Positions 1 to 8,642 of a stretch of DNA of 64,000 nucleotides are shown in pieces. The stretch lies in the NCBI GenBank assembly GCA_964562015.1, contig CAZLRH010000002.1, positions 24,021-88,020 of the forward strand, given 5' to 3'. The stretch comes from an uncultured Opitutales bacterium. Lineage in GTDB: Bacteria > Verrucomicrobiota > Verrucomicrobiia > Opitutales > JABDGR01. The notes below the pieces were generated by a model. It was not told where the DNA came from. It ran no database searches and was given only the letters and a program-made list of their open reading frames with translations. How positions within the stretch are numbered: position 1 is the first letter of the stretch; each line of letters starts with the position of its first letter. The translations under genes and the position numbers were made by a program.

Positions 1-877
1 CCAAAAAGTGCGCGCATTGGGGTTGGAGGCCGCGAAGATGATTGGCCGCACTCCTTCGACCATTAACGCCGGACGAATTCTCCAGCACGGCACACCTGAG
101 TCCGTCAAGCAGTCTGCCATTTTTTTTAGAAATAGTTTGAGACCATACTGTGGACTATTGAATCTGGCACCCCGCGTCGTAGTGACAGTTGCTTCCAAAA
201 ATGAACCGGACCGGCGGGCAGTGCGAGACACCATGTATTGCGCAGGCAGCCGCGATGTATTACTTTTGGAGGCAGGCATGGCGGCCGCCATTGGTGCTGG
301 ATGGAACGTTCAGGAACCGGAATTTCGAGCCAGCTTAGTTTTCGAAAGAGACTGGTTTCAATACAGCGTGATTAGCCTGGCGGGCGTCGTGACTGGTGCG
401 CAAGAAGCCACGGGCTTTGAAAATCTGCTGGAAGATATTGCCATCTATTTGACTGAAACCCAGCAGTTCTGTCCGGCTCCAGACGTCCTTTTGAATCAAG
501 TCCGGCAATCGGGCTTTCGGCAAACGGCGGAGGGTGTGTTGGGATGGGATGCTTGGGTGGCCGATGTGTCACAAGGGCGGGCTCGTCTCGAAAACGTGGA
601 CGCAGAAAGCATGGTGCGTGGGGTCACCCCCGCCCTACGACGATTGGCGTTAAAAATTCAGCAGGCTCACCAAAGGCTAGACCGCGAAAAACAACTACTC
701 GCTGAAGCAGCCCCACTCCATATGTTTGGGGAATATGGAGAGATTCCTGGTTTGGCGGCTTTGCTGGAGCAGACCCTGAACCGCAAGGTGGTGGTCGGCC
801 CAGAACCGCGACAAGCAATGATTCGCGGCGCACTTTCGGTATTGAAAAATCTGGATTGGTGGCTCTCCAATATTTAA
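1..877 (+). CDS. MreB-like actin-family protein, 5'-truncated at window edge. ATP-binding motifs are degenerate, so it is a putative pseudo-ATPase paralog.
   Basis: The 8..877 ORF aligns along its whole length to the MreB C-terminal half: PRVVVTVASKNEPDRRAVR, LLLEAGMAAAIGAGW (MreB: IEEPMAAAIGAGL) and a C-terminal ...IRGALSVL. The phosphate-2 motif VVDIGGGTTEVAVISL is replaced by LVFERDWFQYSVISL. The adenosine motif VLTGGGALL is replaced by LHMFGEYGEIPGL. No in-window start; position 8 is an in-frame GTG. Confidence 0.7.
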   Translation, partial: QKVRALGLEAAKMIGRTPSTINAGRILQHGTPESVKQSAIFFRNSLRPYCGLLNLAPRVVVTVASKNEPDRRAVRDTMYCAGSRDVLLLEAGMAAAIGAGWNVQEPEFRASLVFERDWFQYSVISLAGVVTGAQEATGFENLLEDIAIYLTETQQFCPAPDVLLNQVRQSGFRQTAEGVLGWDAWVADVSQGRARLENVDAESMVRGVTPALRRLALKIQQAHQRLDREKQLLAEAAPLHMFGEYGEIPGLAALLEQTLNRKVVVGPEPRQAMIRGALSVLKNLDWWLSNI

Positions 878-999
878 GGCCGGTTTAATATTCAATCTTA
901 GGCCCGTCCCCACTATAAACATCGCGCCAGCGAGGCATTGACAACCCTGGGCGGGCGCGGTTGCATCGGGGATGGGCGCGTGCCGTGCCCATCTTCCCC

Positions 1000-1761
1000 A
1001 TGATTTGGTACTACGTTGACGAGGGCAAGCAAGCCGGCCCGGTGGATGACGCCCAATTGGAGGCGTTGCGCGTGAGCGGCAAGGTCGGACCGAATACCTA
1101 TGTTTTCCGCGAGGGGATGACGAATTGGCAGCCGTACCACCAGGTCGTGGGCGGTGCCGGCCTCTCGACAACGGCCGGGCCGAACGAGGGGGTGTGCGTG
1201 GAATGCGGCAAGGTTTTCCCGCAGGACCAGTTGATGCAGCACGGCCAGTACTTTGTCTGCGCCCAGTGCAAACCGGTGTTTCTGCAAAAATTGGCGGAGG
1301 GCGCCGCGGTGGGCGGCCAGCCGGTGCACTACGCCGGCTTCTGGATCCGTTTTGTGGCCGCGTTCCTGGATGGCATTTTTTTGTGGATTATCCAGATTCC
1401 CGTGCGTCTCATCGCCGGAGTCGGCATATTGGGCCTGAACGGGCCGCCCCCGACCTCCCCGCCGACGCTGGCCACTTTCGTGCCGATGCTGGGGCTCTTG
1501 GTTGTTGGTTTTTTCATTACGTTTGGCTACGAGATTTTCATGGTGGGCAAATGGGGCGCCACGCTGGGCAAGATGGCGGTCAAGATCAAGGTGGTGACGG
1601 CGGACGGCGGACGCGTGAGTTATGCGCGCGCGACGGGCCGTTGCTTTGCGCGCATCGTCAGCGCCATGATTTGCTACATCGGCTATATCATGGTGGCTTT
1701 TGACGACCAAAAGAAGGCGCTGCATGATATGATGTGCAATACGCGCGTCATCTATAAATAA
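1000..1761 (+). CDS. DUF4339 (GYF-like) + Zn-ribbon + RDD family membrane protein
   Basis: N-terminus MIWYYVDEGKQAGPVDDAQLEALRVSGKVGPNTYVFREGMTNWQPY is the DUF4339 signature. Cys4 ribbon: CVECG...CAQC. C-terminal RDD-type TM domain: YAGFWIRFVAAFLDGIF...AFDDQKKALHDMMCNTRV. ATG at 1000 within the TTG-initiated ORF 961..1761. Confidence 0.75.
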   Translation: MIWYYVDEGKQAGPVDDAQLEALRVSGKVGPNTYVFREGMTNWQPYHQVVGGAGLSTTAGPNEGVCVECGKVFPQDQLMQHGQYFVCAQCKPVFLQKLAEGAAVGGQPVHYAGFWIRFVAAFLDGIFLWIIQIPVRLIAGVGILGLNGPPPTSPPTLATFVPMLGLLVVGFFITFGYEIFMVGKWGATLGKMAVKIKVVTADGGRVSYARATGRCFARIVSAMICYIGYIMVAFDDQKKALHDMMCNTRVIYK

Positions 1762-1770
1762 CCGGCCCCC

Positions 1771-2349
1771 ATGAGCCTGTCGCCCGTCTGCTGTCCCAAG
1801 TGCCGCGCGGTGCTTGCGCCGATTGCCCTCAACCATCCCGAACCAGACCCGTGCCCGGAGTGCGGCACGGAACTCGAAGTGGCGGTGTTTCCGGCGCTGT
1901 TCCGCTCGTTCACGCCGGGCCCGACCGCGGAGCTGGTCACGATGGAAGGCGAGTCCACCTGTTTCTATCATCCGGCGAAGAAGGCGATTCGCCCCTGCGA
2001 CGGCTGCGGGCGGTTCGTGTGCGCGCTGTGCGACTGCGAACTGCACGGGGCGCATTATTGCCCGTCGTGCCTGGAGGTTGGCCGGCGGAAGGGCAAAATC
2101 AAAAGCCTGGAAAACACGCGGCTGCGGTACGACAGCATTGCGCTGGGGCTGGCGGGCTTTCCACTGCTATTCTGGCCTATTTCGGTGGTCACGGCGCCAG
2201 TGGCCCTCTACTACGTATTTCGTTTTTGGAATGCGCCTCGCAGCCTCATCCGCCGCTCACGGTTTCGTTTTCTCCTCGCCGCGCTGCTCGCCAGCCTCGA
2301 GATAGTGGGGTGGTGCAGCGTGGCCTATTTCCTGATTAACGCGCATTGA
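1771..2349 (+). CDS. Zn-ribbon/B-box-like membrane protein (hypothetical)
   Basis: CPKC...CPEC and CFYHPAKKAIRPCDGCGRFVCALCDCELHGAHYCPSC Cys/His clusters, followed by two predicted TM helices. ATG 10 bp after the upstream stop. Confidence 0.55.
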   Translation: MSLSPVCCPKCRAVLAPIALNHPEPDPCPECGTELEVAVFPALFRSFTPGPTAELVTMEGESTCFYHPAKKAIRPCDGCGRFVCALCDCELHGAHYCPSCLEVGRRKGKIKSLENTRLRYDSIALGLAGFPLLFWPISVVTAPVALYYVFRFWNAPRSLIRRSRFRFLLAALLASLEIVGWCSVAYFLINAH

Positions 2350-2359
2350 TTCACTCCCC

Positions 2360-2956
2360 ATGGATAAGGAAAACTATGTGCGGCTGACACGCCCCGCCCA
2401 GCGGACGGCGGGCGGCCTCGTGGCCGTCAGCCAAGTGTACACCAGCCTCTGGCTGGGCTCCGATCACTTGTTGAGCGTCGAGACGAACGGCTTTACGGAA
2501 AACTACAAACGCTTTTATTACCGCGACATTCAGGCCATCGTTTTGCGGAAAACCAAGCGCTGGGTGCTTTGGCTGGCGGGGTGGGCCGTCTTCCTCCTCG
2601 CGGCCGGCGTCAGCGCGTATGCGGCGGAGGAAACCATCGGCTATTTGCTAGCGGCCATTTTTGCCGCCGTCGTGGCCGGTTTTCTGGGGATTGGATACCT
2701 AATAAAAGGCACGTCGACCACGGGCTATTTGCGCACAGCGGTGCAAACGGAGGAGCTGCCCTCGCTCCGGCGGCTGAAGTCGGCCCGCAAGGCGCTGGAC
2801 CGGTTGCGCCCGCTCATCGCCGCCGCGCAAGGCACGCTGCCGCCGGAAGAATTCGCCCAGCGGCTCGCCCTCCTGCAAGGGAACGGGACCTCCGCGATTC
2901 CACTCTCCACGGCTGCTTCCAGTCCGGCCACCTCCGTGCCCCCGGGGAATGTCTGA
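2360..2956 (+). CDS. hypothetical membrane protein
   Basis: 198-aa ORF with a central hydrophobic stretch (WVLWLAGWAVFLLAAGVSAYAA...AVVAGFLGIGYLI). Tightly spaced within the operon. No recognisable domain. Confidence 0.45.
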   Translation: MDKENYVRLTRPAQRTAGGLVAVSQVYTSLWLGSDHLLSVETNGFTENYKRFYYRDIQAIVLRKTKRWVLWLAGWAVFLLAAGVSAYAAEETIGYLLAAIFAAVVAGFLGIGYLIKGTSTTGYLRTAVQTEELPSLRRLKSARKALDRLRPLIAAAQGTLPPEEFAQRLALLQGNGTSAIPLSTAASSPATSVPPGNV

Positions 2957-2980
2957 GGACTTCTGTTTGCGCGCACCGCC

Positions 2981-3292
2981 ATGCCGTCCCTCGCCCAAGT
3001 CCGCTGCTACCACCATGTCGAGCGCGAAGCCGTGGCGCGGTGTCCGGCGTGCGGTCATTGCTACTGCCGCGAATGCATCACCGAGCACGACGACCGCGTC
3101 ATTTGCGCGGCCTGCCTTGCGAAATTGACCCGCGCGGCCCCGCAAAAAAAGATGAACTGGGCCGGCTTGGTTTATCTCGTGGGCGGCGGCGCGGGCCTGG
3201 TGGTCGCGTGGCTTTTCTTTTATTTGCTGGGCCATTACCTGCTCGGATTACCCACGGCGTTCCACGACGGAACGCTGTGGACGACCCACTGA
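2981..3292 (+). CDS. small B-box/Zn-ribbon membrane protein (hypothetical)
   Basis: RCYHHVEREAVARCPACGHCYCRECITEHDDRVICAAC, followed by a TM helix (LVYLVGGGAGLVVAWLFFYLL). Resembles the Cys-rich part of the 1771..2349 product. Confidence 0.5.
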   Translation: MPSLAQVRCYHHVEREAVARCPACGHCYCRECITEHDDRVICAACLAKLTRAAPQKKMNWAGLVYLVGGGAGLVVAWLFFYLLGHYLLGLPTAFHDGTLWTTH

Positions 3293-3302
3293 ACCGCCCG
3301 CC

Positions 3303-4991
3303 ATGAATCCGGCCCACCGCCCGCGCCAAGGCAAGACCGCCCTCGAAATGCTCGAGGAGGCGACGCAACTGCTGCGCACGTGTCCGTGGTCGGTGCTGGC
3401 CAGTTACTACACCGGCACGCTGCCGTTTGCGCTCGGCTTGCTGTATTTTTGGACGGACATGGGGCGCAACCCGTTCGCTGCGCGGCATGTGGTGGAAGGA
3501 GCGCTGGGGATGGCGTTGCTCTTTGCGTGGATGAAAGGCTGGCAGGCGGTGTTCGTACAACAATTGCGCGCCCGCCTGAGCGGAGCCCGCGACGCACCGT
3601 GGGACGGGGGGCGCTGGCGGCGCGTGCTTTTAACCCAATTGCTGCTGCAACCGGCGGGCCTATTCCTCGTCCAAATCACGCGGGTTTTTCTGCTGCCCTA
3701 CCCCTGGGTGAACGCCTTTTTTGAAAACTTGCTCGTCCTCGATGACGGGCGGGAACTGCGCGTGCGCGCCCTGTGCCGGCAAGCGTGGCGCTTGGCTGGG
3801 CTGTGGCCCCGGCAAAACATCCTGGCGATTCTCCTGCTTTGGGCCTTCAATTTTTGCGTCTTCCTCAATTGGGCGTCCGTGTGCATGTTATTGCCTCACT
3901 TGGTGAAAATGCTCACCGGCCTCGAGTCCGTGTTCACCCAAAGCAGCCTGGCGATGGTGAACTCGACCACCTTCATCATCGTGCTGACCCTGACATACCT
4001 CAGCGTAGACCCCATCGCCAAGGGGCTGTACGTGCTGCGTTGCTTTTATGGGGAGTCGCTGCGTTCGGGCGACGACTTGAAGGCGGAATTGAAAAGCGCG
4101 GCCCGCCCGGCGGCAGCCCTCGCGGCCACCCTGGCCCTGGCCGTTTTGGCGTTGAGCGTGCGACCTGGGCACGCGGCCGAAACGCCGACGGCTTCGCCGC
4201 CGGTCGCGCCAGAGAGCGCCGGCAGTGCCGGGCCGCCTTCGCCCGCCGCCACTCCGCAGGCGGTTTCGCCGCCGCAATTGAATCAAGCCATTGGCGAGGT
4301 GATTCACCGGGACAAATTCGTCTGGCGGATGCCGAAGGAAAAATTTGCCGAGGGCGACGAGTCCGAAAGCTGGCTCGCACAATTCTTCCACGAGGTCTAC
4401 AATACCCTGCGGGACTGGTATGATTACCTGCGGGATTTATGGCGCCGTTTCTGGGGCGAGGACGTCGCCAAGCCGTCGGCCCGCTCGCTCAGTTATGGCT
4501 GGATCACGTCGTCGCAGGTTTTGTTAATCAGCCTGATCTGCCTCGTGGGCGCCATCCTGGGCGTGGTACTGTACCGCACGCTGCGCCAGCGGGCCCGGCG
4601 GCGGGCGGTGGTGCAAAGCCAGCCCCTGCCCGCGCAGCCGGACCTGGCCGATGAGAACGTCAGCGCCGACCAGTTGCCCGAGGACGGCTGGACCACGCTC
4701 GCGCGGGAATTGCTGGCCCGCGGGGAATTCCGGCTCGCCCTGCGGGCCTTTTATCTTTCCAGCCTCGCGCATTTGGCGGCCCGGCAACTGATCGCCCTCG
4801 CCAAATTCAAATCCAACCGGGACTACGAGCGCGAATTGCGCCGCCGCGAACACGCCATCCCCGGCCTGCCCGGGCTCTTTGGCGAAAATGTCGTCGCCTT
4901 CGACCGCAGTTGGTACGGCCGCCATGAACTGAACGACGCGCTGGTGCGTCATTTCGCCGCCAACGTGGATAAAATAAAATCTCTCGAGTGA
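3303..4991 (+). CDS. DUF4129-type membrane protein (C-terminal transglutaminase-associated DUF4129-like domain)
   Basis: Multi-TM N-terminal half. C-terminal PEDGWTTLARELLARGEFRLALRAFYLSSLAHLAARQLIALAKFKSNRDYERELRRR fits the DUF4129 pattern. Sits upstream of DUF4350-MoxR-DUF58 as in the conserved cluster. Confidence 0.6.
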   Translation: MNPAHRPRQGKTALEMLEEATQLLRTCPWSVLASYYTGTLPFALGLLYFWTDMGRNPFAARHVVEGALGMALLFAWMKGWQAVFVQQLRARLSGARDAPWDGGRWRRVLLTQLLLQPAGLFLVQITRVFLLPYPWVNAFFENLLVLDDGRELRVRALCRQAWRLAGLWPRQNILAILLLWAFNFCVFLNWASVCMLLPHLVKMLTGLESVFTQSSLAMVNSTTFIIVLTLTYLSVDPIAKGLYVLRCFYGESLRSGDDLKAELKSAARPAAALAATLALAVLALSVRPGHAAETPTASPPVAPESAGSAGPPSPAATPQAVSPPQLNQAIGEVIHRDKFVWRMPKEKFAEGDESESWLAQFFHEVYNTLRDWYDYLRDLWRRFWGEDVAKPSARSLSYGWITSSQVLLISLICLVGAILGVVLYRTLRQRARRRAVVQSQPLPAQPDLADENVSADQLPEDGWTTLARELLARGEFRLALRAFYLSSLAHLAARQLIALAKFKSNRDYERELRRREHAIPGLPGLFGENVVAFDRSWYGRHELNDALVRHFAANVDKIKSLE

Positions 4992-6355
4992 ACACGTTAT
5001 TTTCCAAACCTTGGTTGCTGGGAGCCTGCGCACTGGGGTTTGCGCTCGGGCTGGCCTGGCTGTTGGCCCAGCGCTTCGCCGGAGGCGATGTTTATCCGCC
5101 TTATTCGTCGCTGCGCGCGGATCCGCTGGGCACGATGGCTTTTTACGAGAGCCTGGAACGCCTTCCGCAACTGACGGTGTCGCGGGATTTCACGATCACC
5201 AATGAAATGCCCGCCGATCACCACACCACCTACCTCCATCTGGCGGCTTCTCCCAGCGAGACTTCCCTGCCGCCGGAGGCCTTTCGGGCAGTGGAGGCTT
5301 TTCTCCTGCACGGCGGACGGCTGGTCGTCACCTACTTCCCGGAAGAAACGGAGAGCGATTCCACCCAGCCTTCGGCAAATGATGCCTCGGCAAAAAAGCC
5401 GGCAACGCCCGCGAAATCGTCCGCCAAACCCGCAGAGCCCACCGCGCCAGCAACGACGCCCACGCCCGGTGCAAAACCCGATGAAAAAAAGGCGGTCGCC
5501 GACAAACCGGCGAAGAAGCCGGCCAAACCCAAAGCGAAGCCTGACGCTGATGAAGAAACCGAGCCCGAGATTTCCCTGACCGAGAAATGGGGTTTTCAGA
5601 CGGCGTTCGACGCTTTGCCGGAGTCGGAAACGCATTACGATTCCGTCTTGGTTTTTCGCAAATCTGAACTGGCGCTACCCGCCGCCATGTCCTGGCACAG
5701 CGCCATGACCCTGTCGGAGCTGGATCCCGCGTGGAACGTGATTTACGCCCGCGGCCAAGCACCGGTGCTCGTCGAGCGCGCCTTCGGTGCGGGGTCGGTA
5801 ATTTTAGCCACCGACTCGTATTTCCTCAGCAACGAGGCGCTGTTCAAGGAACCTCATGCCGACCTGCTGGCGTGGATTTTGGGCGACAATCCCAACGTCG
5901 TCTTTGACGAAGCGCATCTGGGCGTGACCCAGACTTCCAACATCGCCGGACTCATCCGCCAATTTCGTCTACACGGGCTGGTCGTTGGCCTGCTGGTACT
6001 GGCCCTTTTGTTCATTTGGAAAAGTGCCGCGAGCCTCGTGCCGCCGCACGCCGTGGAAGCGCCCTCGCCCTATGTGGCGGGCAAGGATGCCGCCGGCGGA
6101 TTTGTGAACTTGCTGCGCCGCCACGTGCCCGGCACTAAGGTGCTGGACTTGTGTGTCACGGAATGGAAAAAGTCCCGCGCCCGCCTGGTGCCCGCGGTCA
6201 AGTTGCAGCAGATTCAAGCCGTGCTCGAGGCCGAGAACACCCGCCCCGCCCGCCAGCGCGATGCCGTCGCGGCGTACAATCAAATTTCCGCCATCCTCCG
6301 CCAGCCCGTACTTTCCGGCGCGGAGACCGCTCCCACCCAACCCCCCGCATCATGA
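4988..6355 (+). CDS. DUF4350 domain protein with Lys/Pro/Ala-rich low-complexity linker
   Basis: GTG start overlapping the upstream stop (GTGA). Signal-like N-terminus. VVFDEAHLGV motif typical of DUF4350. Internal PAKSSAKPAEP...PAKKPAKPKAKPDADEE stretch. Confidence 0.65.
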   Translation: MNTLFSKPWLLGACALGFALGLAWLLAQRFAGGDVYPPYSSLRADPLGTMAFYESLERLPQLTVSRDFTITNEMPADHHTTYLHLAASPSETSLPPEAFRAVEAFLLHGGRLVVTYFPEETESDSTQPSANDASAKKPATPAKSSAKPAEPTAPATTPTPGAKPDEKKAVADKPAKKPAKPKAKPDADEETEPEISLTEKWGFQTAFDALPESETHYDSVLVFRKSELALPAAMSWHSAMTLSELDPAWNVIYARGQAPVLVERAFGAGSVILATDSYFLSNEALFKEPHADLLAWILGDNPNVVFDEAHLGVTQTSNIAGLIRQFRLHGLVVGLLVLALLFIWKSAASLVPPHAVEAPSPYVAGKDAAGGFVNLLRRHVPGTKVLDLCVTEWKKSRARLVPAVKLQQIQAVLEAENTRPARQRDAVAAYNQISAILRQPVLSGAETAPTQPPAS

Positions 6356-7311
6356 ACGCAGACCGTCTCAAGGAAGTCCTGGCCGAAGCCAGGGCTGAAA
6401 CCGCCAAGGTCATCATCGGCCAGCACGAGGTCGTCGACCTGGCGCTCATTGCGATTTTCACGGGCAACCACGCGCTCATCGAGGGCGTGCCCGGCGTCGC
6501 CAAAACGCTGCTCGTGCGCACGCTCGCGCATGTGCTCGGGTGCGAATTCGCGCGCATCCAATTCACGCCCGACCTGATGCCGAGCGACATCACGGGCACC
6601 ACCATTTTCAACATGCAACGCAGTGAATTCACGGTTGCCAAGGGGCCCGTGTTCACGTCGTTTCTGCTGGCGGATGAAATCAACCGCGCGCCCGCGAAAA
6701 CGCAGTCCGCCCTGCTGCAGGCCATGCAGGAACGATGCGTGACCATCGACCGCGAGACGTACCCGCTGCCACCGAATTTCACGGTGTTTGCGACCCAAAA
6801 CCCCATCGAGTACGAGGGGACGTATCCGCTGCCGGAGGCGCAGAAGGACCGCTTCATGCTGAAGATCACGATGCGCGCCCCGGCCCGCGATGAGGAATTC
6901 ATCCTTGCCCAGCGCACGATGACCAAGGAGGCGCCGGAGGCCGTCCTGGCCCAGGGGGCGGTGCGCGCCGTGGTGCAATTGCAAGATTTGGCGGAGTTAC
7001 GCGAGCAACTGGCGGCCATCACCGTGCGCGAGGAATTGCTGGGCTACGTGGTGGACCTCGTGCGGGCGACGCGCCAGCATGAGAGCATCCTCGTCGGCGC
7101 GGGACCGCGCGCCACCCAGGCGCTCATCATGGCCGCCCGCGCGTGCGCCGCGCTGGCCGGGCGGGATTTCGTCACGCCCGACGACATCAAGACCATGGCG
7201 ACACCGGTGCTCGAACACCGCCTCATCCTGCGGCCCGAATTTGAAATCGAGGGCCTTGGGCTCATCGAAGTCATTCAGCAAATCCTCCAACAAATTGCGG
7301 TGCCGCGATGA
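6352..7311 (+). CDS. MoxR-family AAA+ ATPase
   Basis: IIGQHEVVDLALIAIFTGNHALIEGVPGVAKTLLVRTLAHVLG (Walker A), FLLADEINRAPAKTQSALLQAMQE (Walker B/sensor), and a C-terminal MoxR lid. ATG at 6352 overlaps the upstream TGA (ATGA). The ORF-track extension back to 6151 is rejected. Confidence 0.9.
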   Translation: MNADRLKEVLAEARAETAKVIIGQHEVVDLALIAIFTGNHALIEGVPGVAKTLLVRTLAHVLGCEFARIQFTPDLMPSDITGTTIFNMQRSEFTVAKGPVFTSFLLADEINRAPAKTQSALLQAMQERCVTIDRETYPLPPNFTVFATQNPIEYEGTYPLPEAQKDRFMLKITMRAPARDEEFILAQRTMTKEAPEAVLAQGAVRAVVQLQDLAELREQLAAITVREELLGYVVDLVRATRQHESILVGAGPRATQALIMAARACAALAGRDFVTPDDIKTMATPVLEHRLILRPEFEIEGLGLIEVIQQILQQIAVPR

Positions 7312-8642
7312 TCGCGCCCCGCACCAGTCTGCTGTTTTGGGTGGCGCTCGTGGTCCTGCCGCTCGCGGTGGTGCTGGCCGCTTCGCCCGCGGCCGAAACG
7401 GCCGGCTGGGCGCTCGCGGGCGGCCTGGGGCTGGTGGCCCTGCTTGACGCCCTCGGCGCGCGCACGCGGCTGTCCGACCTGCGCGTGGAACTGCCGCCGA
7501 TCGCCCGCATGTCGAAGGATCGGGACGCGAAACTGGAACTGCGCGTGTACAATGCCCGCCGGCGCCCGCTGACGTTGCGTTTTGCGCTCGCCCTGCCGCG
7601 CGAATTCGACTCCGCGCAACCCGACCTCGAAGTCGCCCTGCCGGACAGCGACGAGTGGTCGCGCTTCTCCTGGGCCTGCCGCCCGCGCCGCCGCGGCCGC
7701 TTTCAAATTGATACGGCGTACTTGGAAACGGCGTCACCCCTGGGCCTGTGGAGCGTGCGCCGCGCGGTGCCCGCATCCGCAGAAATCCGGGTGTACCCGA
7801 ATTTGCGCGCGGACCGCCGGAGCCTGGCGGCGTTGTTTTTGCACCGGCCGGCGCCGGGCCTGCGCACCCAACGGCAGGTCGGCAAGGGCCATGAATTTGA
7901 AAAACTGCGCGACTACGTGGCGGGCGATGGTTTTGAAGACGTGCACTGGAAGGCCACCGCGAAGCACGGCCGGCCCATCACCAAAGTATTTCAAGTCGAG
8001 CGCACGCAGGAAGTTTACGTGGTGCTCGATGCCTCGCGCCTCTCCGCCCGGCCGCCCGTGCCCGGCGACCGTTCCGGCGCGACTTGCCTCGAACGCTACG
8101 TCACCGCCGCGCTTGTGCTCGGTCTGGCCGCGGAGCAACAAGGCGATTTATTTGGCCTGCTCACGTTTGCGGACAAGGTGCAGACCTTCGTCCGCGCCAA
8201 GAACGGGCAGGCGCACTACAATGCCTGCCGTGATGCGCTCTACACGATTCAGCCGCAGGGCGTGTCGCCGGATTTTGACGAATTGTGCACGACCATCCGC
8301 CTGCGCCTGCGCCGCCGCACGCTGCTGATTTTCCTCACCTCCCTCGATGATCCCGAGCTGGCGTCAAGCTTTGTGAAAAACATGGACCTGTTGCGCCGCC
8401 AGCATCTCGTGGTGGTGAACATGATTCAGCCGCCGGGCGTGGCCCCCGTCTTTGGCGCGCCGATCGCCTCCGCGGACGAACTTTACCAGCAGCTCGGCGG
8501 CCACCTGCGCTGGCACAACCTGCGCGAATTGGAGAAAGTATTGCAGCGGCGGGGCGTGCAATTTCAATTGCTGAAAAATGAAAACCTCAGCGCGCAGGTG
8601 GTGACGCAATACCTCCGCATCAAACAAAGGCAGTTGTTGTGA
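7308..8642 (+). CDS. DUF58 domain protein (MoxR partner, vWA-like fold)
   Basis: FEKLRDYVAGDGFEDVHWKATAKHGRPITKVFQVERTQEVYVVLDAS is the canonical DUF58 core. N-terminal TM segments. ATGA overlap with moxR. Confidence 0.85.
   Translation: MIAPRTSLLFWVALVVLPLAVVLAASPAAETAGWALAGGLGLVALLDALGARTRLSDLRVELPPIARMSKDRDAKLELRVYNARRRPLTLRFALALPREFDSAQPDLEVALPDSDEWSRFSWACRPRRRGRFQIDTAYLETASPLGLWSVRRAVPASAEIRVYPNLRADRRSLAALFLHRPAPGLRTQRQVGKGHEFEKLRDYVAGDGFEDVHWKATAKHGRPITKVFQVERTQEVYVVLDASRLSARPPVPGDRSGATCLERYVTAALVLGLAAEQQGDLFGLLTFADKVQTFVRAKNGQAHYNACRDALYTIQPQGVSPDFDELCTTIRLRLRRRTLLIFLTSLDDPELASSFVKNMDLLRRQHLVVVNMIQPPGVAPVFGAPIASADELYQQLGGHLRWHNLRELEKVLQRRGVQFQLLKNENLSAQVVTQYLRIKQRQLL

Noticed and set aside
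913-2055. Long antisense ORF (380 aa) overlapping the DUF4339-RDD and Zn-ribbon genes. Similar long shadow ORFs occur at 10498..12474(+), 19790..21652(+), 34408..36888(-), 37092..39116(-), 42066..44048(+), 55751..57247(-) and 62205..63914(-).
   Set aside because: All are Arg/Ala/Gly/Pro-rich, low-complexity translations typical of the antisense strand of high-GC coding DNA. Each lies opposite a gene with clear family-level sequence similarity and none shows recognisable motifs of its own.
6151-6351. Upstream in-frame extension of the MoxR ORF
   Set aside because: Arg/Pro-rich, no homology, and overlaps the DUF4350 coding region. The ATG at 6352 gives the canonical MoxR N-terminus and an ATGA coupling overlap.
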